This document shows, piece after piece, positions 21,867 through 32,142 of a DNA stretch of 64,000 bases (its first letter is position 1; every line of letters starts with the position of its first letter). This stretch comes from Gloeobacterales cyanobacterium (GTDB lineage Bacteria > Cyanobacteriota > Cyanobacteriia > Gloeobacterales > PMM-0068): assembly GCA_038245785.1 (NCBI GenBank), contig JBBRSB010000002.1, positions 192,001 to 256,000 of the forward strand. Reading direction: 5' to 3'. The position numbers were made by a program, and so were the translations under genes. The notes under the pieces were generated by a model, which saw only the letters and a program-made list of their open reading frames with translations, was not told the DNA's origin and did no database searches.

Positions 21867-22200
21867 TTAGATACGGAATTAGTCAGTCAAATTCTCAGGT
21901 GGAATATGGCAGTATTACGCGAATCGCCTTGGTATCAAGAAATTCGGCAGGAAGGTGAACAAGTTGGGGAAGAAAGGGGCATTCTCAGAGGCACATCTGA
22001 AGGTGCCCTCAAAGAAGCCCAATCCCTCATTCTGCGCCAGCTCACCCGTCGTACTAGTGAAGTGCTCCAGCTTTACAAGCCCAGGTTCAAGCTTTGTCTC
22101 TCTCTCAACTTGAGGCTTTGGGTGATGCGCTGTTGGATTTTTCGGAACCCGCAGACTTAGTGAAGTGGCTAGACGAATACTCTGCCAGAATGAACGACGT
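21867..22200 (+). pseudogene. Rpn/DUF4351-family C-terminal fragment, frameshifted
   Basis: MAVLRESPWYQEI..EAQSLILRQLTRR, continuing in another frame as LSLSQLEALGDALLDFSEPADLVKWL. Confidence 0.75.
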
Positions 22201-22321
22201 CTAATCTCGGCTCCACCTGCTGGACACTGGGACTACTTGCAGCTTGATACGCAATATCTAATGGACTTTCTTAACACGAACTCACGTTAATTAATCTTTT
22301 ACATGTAAATTTGCAATAGTT

Positions 22322-23689
22322 TTAATTTTTCTCAATTATCTCCTTGAACCCAGTATTGTTCCGAATATTGTCAAAATCAGGATCTTTTTTTGCTTTGTCT
22401 CGAAAAGTAGAATCAATGTCAATTGATTGTTTTAGATTTTGAATTGCAAGGCTAGTATCTCCATTTAAGCTAAAACAACAAGCTTTATTAAACCAAGCGT
22501 CAGGACCATCTGGATTCAGTTCAATAGCTTTGCCATAGGCAGCGAGTTCCTCATTATTGCGTTTTAAATTCCCTAGCGTAATGCCTTTATTGAACCAAGT
22601 TTTAGGATCATGTGGATTCAGTTCAATAGCTTTTTCATAGGCAACAAGTGCCTCCTCATAGCGCTTTAAGTTACTTAAAACAATCCCTTTATTAAACCAA
22701 GCATCAGGATCATATGGATTCAGTTCAATAGTTTTCTTGAAGGCATTAAGTGCCTCTTCATGGCGTTTTAGCTCCAATAGCATAAAGCCTTTATTGAACC
22801 AAGTTTTAGGATCATCTGATTTTGGTTCAATAGCTTTCTCATAGGCATTAAGTGCCTCTTCATAGGCAGTGATTTCCTCATTATTACGTTTTAACTTCCC
22901 TAGCGTAAAGCCCTTATTGAGCCAAGCCTCAGGATCATCTGGTTTCAGTTTAATAGCTTTCTCGAAGTCAGTAAGTGCCTCCTCATAAGAGCTTTTGTAT
23001 AATAAAGCTTTACCTTTTTTGACATAATCAGTTGCTGTCAATACAAGATTGGGATAACTATCTTGAAGCATATCAAGTCTAGCAGTAAGTTCTTGAACCT
23101 GTGCCAAGATGTCTGAGTCAACGGATTTTTGAAAATCATCTTTTTTAGATGTTTCCGGGACTAGTCTATCTATTCTTTCTATAATGTCATCTTTTTTCTT
23201 TGCAACTTCTGTAAGGAGATCTTCCACTCTCTTATTAGATACTTTCAAAAGATTATCTATCTGTAATTTCGATCTTTCGTCAATTTCTTTTAAGGCATGC
23301 TTAACTTCTTTTTCTAATTTCTCTTTTATTTCTTTTTTAAATTCTTCTACAATTTGATTTTTAATACTGCCACGCAATAAAAGCAGAAAAATACTGGCAA
23401 ATATAGGTAAAGCTGCTAAAACTGCTAATAAGATCTGAATTAAACCCATTGTCCATCCGAAAGAGCGATCTACTTCGTTCTGGACTCGTTCACGAATTTC
23501 GAGATTATTCTCTAATTTAACTTTTTCAAATTCTTCTTTCACTACAGTCAGAGCTTCTGATTTAGTAACTGGATCAGTTGGCAGAGGTGCTGATAGCTTT
23601 TCCTGTGAAGGTCTTTTCTGAGCTATGGCTGAAGTCGTTACTAACATTGATAAAATGAGGGAAATTAAAATTTTATGTTTGAATCTCAT
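22322..23689 (-). CDS. Membrane-anchored TPR protein
   Basis: Signal-like N-terminus, one TM helix, coiled coil, about 6 TPRs (AWFNKG..EEAL.AYEKAIELNP); AT-rich. Confidence 0.85.
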   Translation of the reverse strand: MRFKHKILISLILSMLVTTSAIAQKRPSQEKLSAPLPTDPVTKSEALTVVKEEFEKVKLENNLEIRERVQNEVDRSFGWTMGLIQILLAVLAALPIFASIFLLLLRGSIKNQIVEEFKKEIKEKLEKEVKHALKEIDERSKLQIDNLLKVSNKRVEDLLTEVAKKKDDIIERIDRLVPETSKKDDFQKSVDSDILAQVQELTARLDMLQDSYPNLVLTATDYVKKGKALLYKSSYEEALTDFEKAIKLKPDDPEAWLNKGFTLGKLKRNNEEITAYEEALNAYEKAIEPKSDDPKTWFNKGFMLLELKRHEEALNAFKKTIELNPYDPDAWFNKGIVLSNLKRYEEALVAYEKAIELNPHDPKTWFNKGITLGNLKRNNEELAAYGKAIELNPDGPDAWFNKACCFSLNGDTSLAIQNLKQSIDIDSTFRDKAKKDPDFDNIRNNTGFKEIIEKN

Positions 23690-23723
23690 TTGAAGAAAAA
23701 TCCCGAGGTGAACGAGGAGGGTG

Positions 23724-24656
23724 TTAGGTTGATTCTTCATCAAAGTAGTCGCTGTCAATCTTTGGAATCTTAACGGTGCGTGCAGAAACCCCGACCTCAT
23801 GATCGATCATTAGTTCGGCAAGGCGCGGACCATCAACGAGGACAACACGCTCGACTGACTTCGCGAACTCGATGGCCTGCGCAGTGTAGCCCGAAGTCGT
23901 AATGAAGACGCCTTTGTTTGCACGCTGTCCCGCGAGAGCACCGTAGAACGCTTGGACTTCTGGACGACCCACCGTACCTTGCCAACGCTTCGCCTGAACA
24001 TAGACCTTTTCAAGGCCAAGCTTGTCTAGTGAAATGACTCCATCGATTCCGCCGTCGCCAGACCCACCAACGCGCTGAAGATCAGTACGACTTGCCCCAT
24101 ATCCCATACGGTGGAGTAGATCAAGAACAATGGTTTCAAAGAACGAGGGCAGTACGGACGCGAGGGACTCAAGTAGCTCAGTAGCGACCGAGCGACGCAA
24201 CTCGGAGAGGGCTTGGCCAAGCCGATCATCGGGACTAGCTACAGCCGATTCCACCGCCTGCATCTGGATCAAAGACGACGAGGCGAGAGATTCGCCACTG
24301 AGCGGTAGTTTCAGCCGCACATCATTGAAACCCATGGCCAGTTGCTCAACGTCTTTCGGCGATAGTTGTGTAGGGTGATTAGCTACGAAGTCAAGGCCCA
24401 GTTCCGTTGGTTGCCAGAAGCCCCGGCGCGGGCTGCTCGATAGACCAGCGCGTTTCAACCTGTCATGAGCCCAGCCAGCGCGGTTCTTGTAGATTGGCTG
24501 CGCGCCACTTGGGAGAAGCTCTTGACGGTCCGAATCGGACACACCGAGTGCCTGTGCAGCAGCCTCATGAACTTCGCGGGCGGGCGCACCGCCTGGGTGA
24601 GTAGCCAGGAACCGAAGGACTGGTTCGATAAACTTATCGTAGGTGGGGACGGCCAT
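23724..24656 (-). CDS. mrr: Mrr type IV restriction endonuclease
   Basis: Mrr_N domain (NRAGWAHDRLKRAGL..PRRGFW) and catalytic GDGGIDG..YVQAKR. Confidence 0.93.
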   Translation of the reverse strand: MAVPTYDKFIEPVLRFLATHPGGAPAREVHEAAAQALGVSDSDRQELLPSGAQPIYKNRAGWAHDRLKRAGLSSSPRRGFWQPTELGLDFVANHPTQLSPKDVEQLAMGFNDVRLKLPLSGESLASSSLIQMQAVESAVASPDDRLGQALSELRRSVATELLESLASVLPSFFETIVLDLLHRMGYGASRTDLQRVGGSGDGGIDGVISLDKLGLEKVYVQAKRWQGTVGRPEVQAFYGALAGQRANKGVFITTSGYTAQAIEFAKSVERVVLVDGPRLAELMIDHEVGVSARTVKIPKIDSDYFDEEST

Positions 24657-24677
24657 GCTGTTTTGTCGATAGAAGGG

Positions 24678-24899
24678 TTAGGGTTTGGCAAGGGAGATTT
24701 CCTTGAACTGCATATCGTCGATGACCTCATCGAAGCGACGTTTTTTGCCGACACCAGCGAGTTCAGGGACGAGGGCCTTCTGGAGGGTGTGGGCATTGGC
24801 ATTAGTGCGGACGGCGGCAAGGTGGGTTTCCAACTAGTCCACTAGGACCATTAGTTGATCGACTTTGGCCACGTTCCGGCGTTGTTCAGGAGGGTTGGG
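24678..24899 (-). pseudogene. Type I RM specificity subunit (HsdS) C-terminal remnant
   Basis: Minus-strand frame PPEQRRNVAKVDQLMVLVD*LETHLAAVR..ALVPEL resembles the HsdS conserved helix; internal stop. Confidence 0.65.
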
Positions 24900-25523
24900 A
24901 TGAAAACTATGAACCATGCCAACACCTAAGAAGAAGTCAAGCTTAGTGTGCCCAGTAACTGTACCTAACTGTCACAGGCTCTGATCTACTTAGTCGTCTC
25001 TGAAAATTCAAAACCCCCAGTAAAATCAAGCATTCCAGCAGAAAGATACCGATAAAAATTGGAAGAAAATGCTCAAGCCTTTGTAAATTCTAGTGAAAAC
25101 GTTAGTTTACATGGAGCCTCTACTCTACTATTACAGCGGTCTATAGCATGGGATGATTGCTCGGCTGAACGAACTAAGCTGCAGTGCTGCTCTGCAAGCC
25201 AACCGAGCGCAGACAAACTGGGATCTTGTTATCTGGGAGAACCGCTAGAGTCAGCTTCTACCCAAACTTTTTGAGATGCGTCCCTGACTGTCATAACTAA
25301 ATTGTTAGACCCGCCTTTTAAGAGGGAAATATCTTTATGGAAGAGTCAAAGTATTCACCCAATGATGATGCCTGTTCGACTACATAAAGACACCTCTCTA
25401 CTGATTGGAGAAGTTCGACAGCGAAATCGAAATTACGACTAAATTTTGTCCTAATACAAAATAACTTTGTTCACTCTGCCTTAAATTCTCTATAGCTCTG
25501 TAAACCCAAAAAGAGTTCTTCTC

Positions 25524-28500
25524 ATGAAGCCAGTCCGTGATTTGTGTGAGTTGCAAAGCAATGCCCTCGATTTCCGGGTGAGTGATGGTATTGAGGATCT
25601 AAACAAGCTCACTGAAGATGAAGCCCAGGGGTTTTCTTTTTTCGAGGCTTCGTTCATCACAGCCGGAATGCATAAGCTTGTTTCTGATGGCTTAGCAAGG
25701 CTCTCAGGTCGTTCTGGCAGCGCAGTTTATCATCTTAAGCAGGCGATGGGTGGTGGTAAAACCCACTTGCTCTCAGGTTTTGGGCTGGTTGCACGCCATC
25801 CGAAGGTCCGTGAGCGCTACTTTGCTGATGTTGCATCCGGTCGAGAATTTGGAGCTGCCAAGCTAGCGTTCTTCAATGGCCGAAATAATCCCGCAGGATT
25901 CTTTTGGGGCGAGATCTCAGAGCAACTAGGCAAACCTAACTTTTTTGAGCCTGGTACAAAAGCTCCTGATGAAAAAAGTTGGTTAAAACTCTTCTCTGGT
26001 GATGAACCCATCCTGATCCTGCTAGATGAGATGCCGCCCTACTTTCATTACTATCTAACTCAAAGCTTAGGATCTGGGACCATTGCGGATGTGGTTACCC
26101 GTGCTTTTGCCAACATGCTCTCGGCGGCAAGGCAAAAAGCAAAGGTCTGCATCGTTATCTCTGACCTCGAAGGTCAGTATCAGAGTGCGAGTCATCTGAT
26201 CAACCGTGCCTTGGATGACGCTAGGGCTGAGGCTGGGCGTCAGGAAGTGGCAATTACGCCAGTGGATCTCTCAGGGAACGAGATCTATGAAATTCTCAAG
26301 AAACGGCTTTTCAAGAAGCTGCCCGATCAATCCACCATCGATGACATTGCCGCCAAGTACGGTGAGCTCCTCACGGATGCGGCTAAATCTAACACTGTTG
26401 CCCGTAGTGCCGAGTCGATTGCCGAAGAAATTTCTGCCACCTATCCGTTTCACCCGCGCCTTAAAAACCTTTTTGCGCTTTTCAAAGAAAACTCTAATTA
26501 CAAGCAAACTCGCGGTCTGATGGAGCTAACCTCGCGGTTACTTAAGTCAGTTTGGGAAGGACGCAGCTCAAGTGCGTTTCTGATCGGCCCGCAGCACTTT
26601 GACTTAGGTCTGGACGATGTACGGGATAAGCTGATTGAGATTTCAGCAATGCCCGATGTGATCGCTAAAGACCTTTGGGATACTAATTCTGCTGCCCATG
26701 CTCAGGTGATCGACCTTAATGCCAATGGCTCTGAAGCAAAAGATGTCGGTGCCATTCTCTTCACCTCCAGCCTCTCGACCGCCGTTAATTCAGTTAGGGG
26801 TCTAACCCGCGCAGAAGTGCTTGAGTACTTGGTTGCCCCGTTGGTGGATATCTCCCGCTGCAATAAGGCATTCAGTGACCTTTGCGAGAGCTCTTGGTAC
26901 ATCCACCGGACGCCTGACGAGAAGTACTACTTCGATAAGCAGGAAAATCTCGGCAAGATGCTCCAGGACATGGCGCGTCGTGCCCCAGAAAACAAGGTTG
27001 AAGAGCTCAAGCGCAATCGCATCAAAGAGCTCTTCAAGCCGCAGTCGAAGATTGCCTATGAAGACGTTTTGCCGCTACCGCAGCTCGACGAGGTGATCAA
27101 CGAAGTGCGGAACCGTCGAGTGCTGTTGGTTGTTGAGCCCGATGGCAAGCTTCCTCCGGAAGAAGTGAAGCGCTTTTTTGAAAGCCTCAGCCAACGCAAC
27201 AACGTCTGCATCCTGACGGGCGAACAAGCGGCTGTTGCTAAAGGCAAACTTACTGAAGCGGCAAGGAATCTTTACGCGGTAATGCAGGCTGAGGCCCAAC
27301 ACAAAGTAGATTGCAAAAGCTCCCAGTGGGCCGAGTTCGATTCCAAAAAAGCGACATATGACTCTAACCTGACCCAAGTAATCATTGGTGTCTACGACAA
27401 GTTGTTGGTGCCTGTTCTGAAGCCTGGTGACACAGAGCCAGTGCTGGAGTCTCGTTCCCTCAAGAAAGAAGGGTTTAAGCCCACTGAAGGTGCCCGTCGG
27501 GTTGAAGAAACCTTGACAGAAAACCCGAAGAAGCTTTATGTCGAAGTTTCGAGCAACATGGACACCCTCCGTGCAATGGTCGAGCAGCGGATTTGGGGCA
27601 ACTCGGACCCAGCCCGATGGACCGATGTGGTTTCGAGCGCTGCCGAAAACTGCAAGATGCCCTGGTTACCCTCCTCTGGCCTCGAAGATATCAAGAAGCA
27701 TGCCATCGCCACGGGTCTCTGGGAAGACAAAGGCGGTGGCTATATCTCCAAGTCTCCAGCCCCCAAAACAACAGGGGTGCAAGTAAGTGCCGAATCACGG
27801 CCTGACGACGATGGCCATGTAGTCCTAAAAATAAGTACTGTAAACGGTGGCCCCGCACCCAAAATTTACTATGCCGAGGATGCAAATGTTTCCGAATCAT
27901 CCTCGGTACTTGATGACGATAGGCTAAAGACTAAAGCCTTGCGGGTACGGTTTATCGTCCACGATCCGAGCAACCATTACATAACAGGTGAACCTTATAC
28001 CTGGACCAATGAACTGACGATTCGCGCAAACCAATACATCGAGAATGGTAAGCGCAAGGTGAAAATCCTTGTGGCACCAGCAGGGGCCAAAGTTAAATTC
28101 ACGCTTGATGGTTCAGAGCCCCGCAATGGCCAGACCTACAGCGAACCCATCGAGATTGGCGACAACGAGGTGCGTCTGCTGGTATTTGCCGAAGCTGATG
28201 GCCTAGAGGCACGCCAGAATTTTACCTACCCACGCATGGGCGATAACCAAATCAAAATCGATCCTCAGGCACCCGCTAAGTTCAAGGCCAGTCGGTGTGC
28301 CCGCCTGAGCTCTCGTACCGATGCTTACCAGGGATTGCAGCAGGCAGCAGAGGTAGGTGCCAGCTTCGAAGATGTGGACATCAGGCTGACGGCAAAAAAT
28401 GGAGCCACGATCAACTATCTTGCCGTCCGGCAGACCTTATCGGCACAGCGTGTGACCCAGTTGATTGAATCGCTTGGTCAGGATTTACCTATCGAACACG

Positions 28501-28613
28501 AAGTCACTCTCTCATTTCGTGCCGCCAATTTTTCGTCTGGCTATGACCTCAAGACCTTCTGCGATAAGTGGAACATCAAACTCAGCCAGGAAGAGGTTGA
28601 ACAATGCGCCTAA
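25524..28613 (+). CDS. DUF499 AAA+ ATPase (anti-phage-associated)
   Basis: LKQAMGGGKTH Walker A, LILLDE Walker B, YPFHP, QTRG; Fn3/chitobiase-like FTLDGSEP near the C-terminus. Confidence 0.88.
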   Translation: MKPVRDLCELQSNALDFRVSDGIEDLNKLTEDEAQGFSFFEASFITAGMHKLVSDGLARLSGRSGSAVYHLKQAMGGGKTHLLSGFGLVARHPKVRERYFADVASGREFGAAKLAFFNGRNNPAGFFWGEISEQLGKPNFFEPGTKAPDEKSWLKLFSGDEPILILLDEMPPYFHYYLTQSLGSGTIADVVTRAFANMLSAARQKAKVCIVISDLEGQYQSASHLINRALDDARAEAGRQEVAITPVDLSGNEIYEILKKRLFKKLPDQSTIDDIAAKYGELLTDAAKSNTVARSAESIAEEISATYPFHPRLKNLFALFKENSNYKQTRGLMELTSRLLKSVWEGRSSSAFLIGPQHFDLGLDDVRDKLIEISAMPDVIAKDLWDTNSAAHAQVIDLNANGSEAKDVGAILFTSSLSTAVNSVRGLTRAEVLEYLVAPLVDISRCNKAFSDLCESSWYIHRTPDEKYYFDKQENLGKMLQDMARRAPENKVEELKRNRIKELFKPQSKIAYEDVLPLPQLDEVINEVRNRRVLLVVEPDGKLPPEEVKRFFESLSQRNNVCILTGEQAAVAKGKLTEAARNLYAVMQAEAQHKVDCKSSQWAEFDSKKATYDSNLTQVIIGVYDKLLVPVLKPGDTEPVLESRSLKKEGFKPTEGARRVEETLTENPKKLYVEVSSNMDTLRAMVEQRIWGNSDPARWTDVVSSAAENCKMPWLPSSGLEDIKKHAIATGLWEDKGGGYISKSPAPKTTGVQVSAESRPDDDGHVVLKISTVNGGPAPKIYYAEDANVSESSSVLDDDRLKTKALRVRFIVHDPSNHYITGEPYTWTNELTIRANQYIENGKRKVKILVAPAGAKVKFTLDGSEPRNGQTYSEPIEIGDNEVRLLVFAEADGLEARQNFTYPRMGDNQIKIDPQAPAKFKASRCARLSSRTDAYQGLQQAAEVGASFEDVDIRLTAKNGATINYLAVRQTLSAQRVTQLIESLGQDLPIEHEVTLSFRAANFSSGYDLKTFCDKWNIKLSQEEVEQCA

Positions 28614-29155
28614 AGACCCCCACAGCAGGTTTTGGAGCGCCTACCGAATTTGGTGCCCATATCTTTCGGGTGGTGATTCCGGCTGCCAAGGCCGAAAGCG
28701 TGAGTGTAGTTGAAGACTATGGCTTGATAGGTGGTGAGGTGATTCGGGTAGTACTGCCACGATTTGCTTGGTCAGGTATTGCCGAAGCCGCCCGCAAAGA
28801 CTTCAACCAGCGCCTCAAAGCTCAAAAAGTGCTCACAGGAAGCTGGAAAACTGGCGATGTGGTGATTGACCGCATCTTGGGTAAAGAGCTGTGTGTACTA
28901 GCCTGGGCCGCTGAAAAAGCCGACAGCGCAGAACTGCCCGTGATTTGCAAAAAGTGGACGGCGCTACGCCCCGAAGAACGCTGGTGGTTGTATTCGATGA
29001 CCGCTTCTGAGGCTGGTTGCGCTGATGATGTTGGGCGCGGTTGGCGTAGAGCATTACATGCTGCGCTTTCAGATCCTGGCAGCATCGAAATTGAGCAGGT
29101 GAACCGCAAATTGAAGCGCCAGTCCGTCGCCTTTGAAACCCCATCACTATTCTAA
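28604..29155 (+). CDS. DUF3780 family protein
   Basis: FNQRLK..LGKELCVLAWA..LRPEERWWLYSMT..GWRRAL. Confidence 0.85.
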   Translation: MRLKTPTAGFGAPTEFGAHIFRVVIPAAKAESVSVVEDYGLIGGEVIRVVLPRFAWSGIAEAARKDFNQRLKAQKVLTGSWKTGDVVIDRILGKELCVLAWAAEKADSAELPVICKKWTALRPEERWWLYSMTASEAGCADDVGRGWRRALHAALSDPGSIEIEQVNRKLKRQSVAFETPSLF

Positions 29156-29166
29156 AAGGCTGCTCT

Positions 29167-32142
29167 ATGCCCGTTGAACCTTATTCGCTCAAAGATGCTC
29201 CAGCCTTGATCGAAAGCCTGTTTCCCGCCCAGAAAATCTCCTTGGAATCGTACAAAGAGCAGATGGCAGGGAGCGGCAAAACTCTTACAGCCCTTGGTAG
29301 CTACTGGAAAGGCCGTAAGTCCCTAGTTCTCAACAAAGCATGTATTCTAGGCTGCCTTCTGCCTGCCACTAATGATCCCGAAAAAGATCTCGAGATTTAC
29401 GAGCTATTGATGGGTATGGATAACCTATCTTTTGCCAAGCGTTTGAAGACTCGACTCAAGCCTGCAGAGATACTTTCCTTAATAAAGCTTGACAACATCT
29501 ACCAGTACTTTGATGTTAAGCCAGAGGGTAGCCTGCCGTTGCATTCTCCGGTTAACGTTAATGACTACGCAGGTACCAAAGTCACCTGGAAAGCGAGCAC
29601 TTCTGAGGAACAGAAAAGCATTTTAGAATCCAAAGTTTTGGCACAGAAGTCATTTCACCAATTGGTAGATGAAGGGCACCGTGCTGAAGAAATCGGCGAT
29701 ACCATCTATGACCATGTGTGGGACATTGTGAATGCCCATCTGGGTACCCAGGCTAATTCAATGCCCGAGTTGGTAGAACAGCTGGGCATCATGCGGTTCG
29801 GTCATCGACCAAGGGTTGCAGATACTTTTGCAGGGTCTGGGCAAATCCCGTTTGAGGCCGCGCGACTAGGTTGTGATGTGCAAGCCTCGGATCTCAATCC
29901 GATTGCCTGCATGCTGTCCTGGGGGGCTTTCAATATTGTGGGTGCCAGTCCCGAAAAACGAAAGCTTATCGAAGCTGAGCAGACAACACTTGCTAGTAAA
30001 GTTGAGTTCGCAATTGATGCCTTGGGCATTGAGCAGGATGGGAAAGGCTGGGCGGCCAAGGTTTACCTTTACTGCGTCGAGGTCAGATGCCCTGAAACAG
30101 GCTGGATGGTGCCTCTGTTGCCGACTTTTGTTGTCAGCAAGGGTTACAAAGTTATTGCACGTCTAATGCCGGATGTGGTTAACACACGTTACGACATCGA
30201 AATTATTTCAGGTGTCAGCGAAAAGGAACTAAGCGCTGCCGAAAAGGGTACAGTGCAATCGGATGGGCGTGGTTCTGATCCTTACATGACCCATTCTGTC
30301 GATGGCGTCACCTACAAAACCAAAATATCGACCTTAAGGGGCGATTATCGTAAAGATGACGGAGCTAATGGCAACCGCTTGCGCAGGTGGGAGGTGTCTG
30401 ACTTTAAGCCAAGACCTGACGACATTTTTCAGGAGCGGTTATATACAGTGCAATGGATGCGTGCTAAAGCATCAGGAAAGTTGTTTGATTATGAGTTCCG
30501 GTCAGTCACTGAAGACGATCTTAAGCGTGAAAAGATTGTCGAAGATTATGTGGATAAGCACCTTGCTGAATGGCAGGAGAAAGGCTGGGTGCCGGATATG
30601 CGAATCGAACCTGGTGATAAAACTGATGAGCCCATTCGTACACGGGGCTGGACCCATTGGCATCATTTGTTTAATCCACGGCAGTTGTTGGTAATAGGTC
30701 TTGCGAGAGCTAGTTGCACAGCAGCAACTGCATTGAAGATGGCTTATATGGCAAACTATGGATCAAGATTATGTAGATGGAATAAATCTCGAGATAACGC
30801 ACTAGATGTTTTTTACAATCAAGCGCTAAATACAACTTTAAACTATTCCTGCCGTGCATCTTGGACTCTTATAAAATTTATTAAAGACCAATTTCTTTAC
30901 AGTGAAAACCCTATCAATACATTAGTAACAGTAGAAAATATCGAAGCAAATAGTATCTCAAGCCATTCGGATATTTTTGTAACGGACCCACCTTATGGTG
31001 ATGCAGTTAAATACGAAGAGATTCTTGAGTTTTTCATTGCCTGGTTCCAAAAAAATTTACCCCCTGAATTTGCTGACTGGGTTTGGGACAGCCGCCGAGC
31101 GCTAGCGATCAAGGGCGAAGATCACAATTTTCGCTTGGCCATGGTAGCCGCCTATAAGCGTATGACCGAGTGCATGCCTGACAACGGTATCCAGGTCATC
31201 ATGTTTACTCACCAGAGTGGCACCATCTGGGCTGACATGGCTAATATTGTCTGGGCATCAGGCTTGCGTGTGACTGCGGCATGGTACGTGGTTACCGAGA
31301 CCGATAGCGCATTGAGGGAAGGCAGTCATGTCAAAGGCACCGTGCTACTAGTGCTGCGCAAACGCACCGAAAACCTGAGTACCTTTCAGGATGATCTTGC
31401 CTGGGAACTAGCCGACGAAGTGAAGCGACAAATTGGGACACTCACTGGGCTGGATCAAAAGGTCAAAGCCAAGCAGCGGGGCATGAATCTGTTTAATGAT
31501 GCCGACCTGCAAATGGCAGGGTATGCTGCAGCCCTTCGGGTGCTGACCAAATACGCGAAAATTGATGGTCGTGAGATGCCCCAGGAAGCCCTTCGTCCTA
31601 GGCAAAAAGGCGTCAAGACCATTGTGGACGAGCTGGTAGAGTTCGCTGTCAGCACTGCCAACTGTTTCTTAGTTCCAGAGGGCATCGAGGCCCAGGTATG
31701 GGATAACCTCAATGGTGCCGAGCGTTTTTATCTGAAGATGCTCGACCTTGAAGCCAAAGGCGAAAAGAAACTCGAAAACTACCAAAACTTTGCCAAGGCA
31801 TTCAAAGTTGCGAACTGGAAACCCCTGATGGGCTCTGAGAAGGCAAATACTGCCCGCTTGCGTTCAGCCGTAGAGTTTAACAGCAGCGAAATGTCACCCG
31901 GAGCTGAACTCACCAACACCGTGGTTCGTGGCTGCCTTTATGGCATCATGCAGTTGGTCAAAGACAAAGAATCCGACGTGGTGCTCGAAGGCTTACGCGG
32001 CAACCTGAGCGACTACTACCATTCGCGTGAGCGAATTATCGATATAGCCGATTACCTGAGCCGCAAGCTCGAATCCATCCGCCCCGAAGAGTCACGTAAC
32101 GCAGCCATACTGCGCGACTTGGTTCGCAACGAGCACTCTTGA
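29167..32142 (+). CDS. DUF1156 adenine DNA methyltransferase
   Basis: YWKGRK, SAM-binding DTFAGSGQIPFEA, catalytic TDPPY. Confidence 0.9.
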   Translation: MPVEPYSLKDAPALIESLFPAQKISLESYKEQMAGSGKTLTALGSYWKGRKSLVLNKACILGCLLPATNDPEKDLEIYELLMGMDNLSFAKRLKTRLKPAEILSLIKLDNIYQYFDVKPEGSLPLHSPVNVNDYAGTKVTWKASTSEEQKSILESKVLAQKSFHQLVDEGHRAEEIGDTIYDHVWDIVNAHLGTQANSMPELVEQLGIMRFGHRPRVADTFAGSGQIPFEAARLGCDVQASDLNPIACMLSWGAFNIVGASPEKRKLIEAEQTTLASKVEFAIDALGIEQDGKGWAAKVYLYCVEVRCPETGWMVPLLPTFVVSKGYKVIARLMPDVVNTRYDIEIISGVSEKELSAAEKGTVQSDGRGSDPYMTHSVDGVTYKTKISTLRGDYRKDDGANGNRLRRWEVSDFKPRPDDIFQERLYTVQWMRAKASGKLFDYEFRSVTEDDLKREKIVEDYVDKHLAEWQEKGWVPDMRIEPGDKTDEPIRTRGWTHWHHLFNPRQLLVIGLARASCTAATALKMAYMANYGSRLCRWNKSRDNALDVFYNQALNTTLNYSCRASWTLIKFIKDQFLYSENPINTLVTVENIEANSISSHSDIFVTDPPYGDAVKYEEILEFFIAWFQKNLPPEFADWVWDSRRALAIKGEDHNFRLAMVAAYKRMTECMPDNGIQVIMFTHQSGTIWADMANIVWASGLRVTAAWYVVTETDSALREGSHVKGTVLLVLRKRTENLSTFQDDLAWELADEVKRQIGTLTGLDQKVKAKQRGMNLFNDADLQMAGYAAALRVLTKYAKIDGREMPQEALRPRQKGVKTIVDELVEFAVSTANCFLVPEGIEAQVWDNLNGAERFYLKMLDLEAKGEKKLENYQNFAKAFKVANWKPLMGSEKANTARLRSAVEFNSSEMSPGAELTNTVVRGCLYGIMQLVKDKESDVVLEGLRGNLSDYYHSRERIIDIADYLSRKLESIRPEESRNAAILRDLVRNEHS

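Noticed and set aside
22271..22290. Possible IS982-type terminal repeat (TTAACACGAACTCACGTTAA)
   Set aside because: Too short, with no adjacent transposase sequence recognisable.
22480..22990. Periodic repeats as a non-coding array
   Set aside because: The ~102-nt period equals 34-aa TPR units within an ORF.
23690..23800. N-terminal extension of the TPR ORF into mrr
   Set aside because: A signal-like sequence begins at ATG 23689, which removes the overlap.
24455..24845. Overlapping 121-aa and 126-aa ORFs
   Set aside because: They overlap mrr and are better explained as shadows of mrr and the hsdS remnant.
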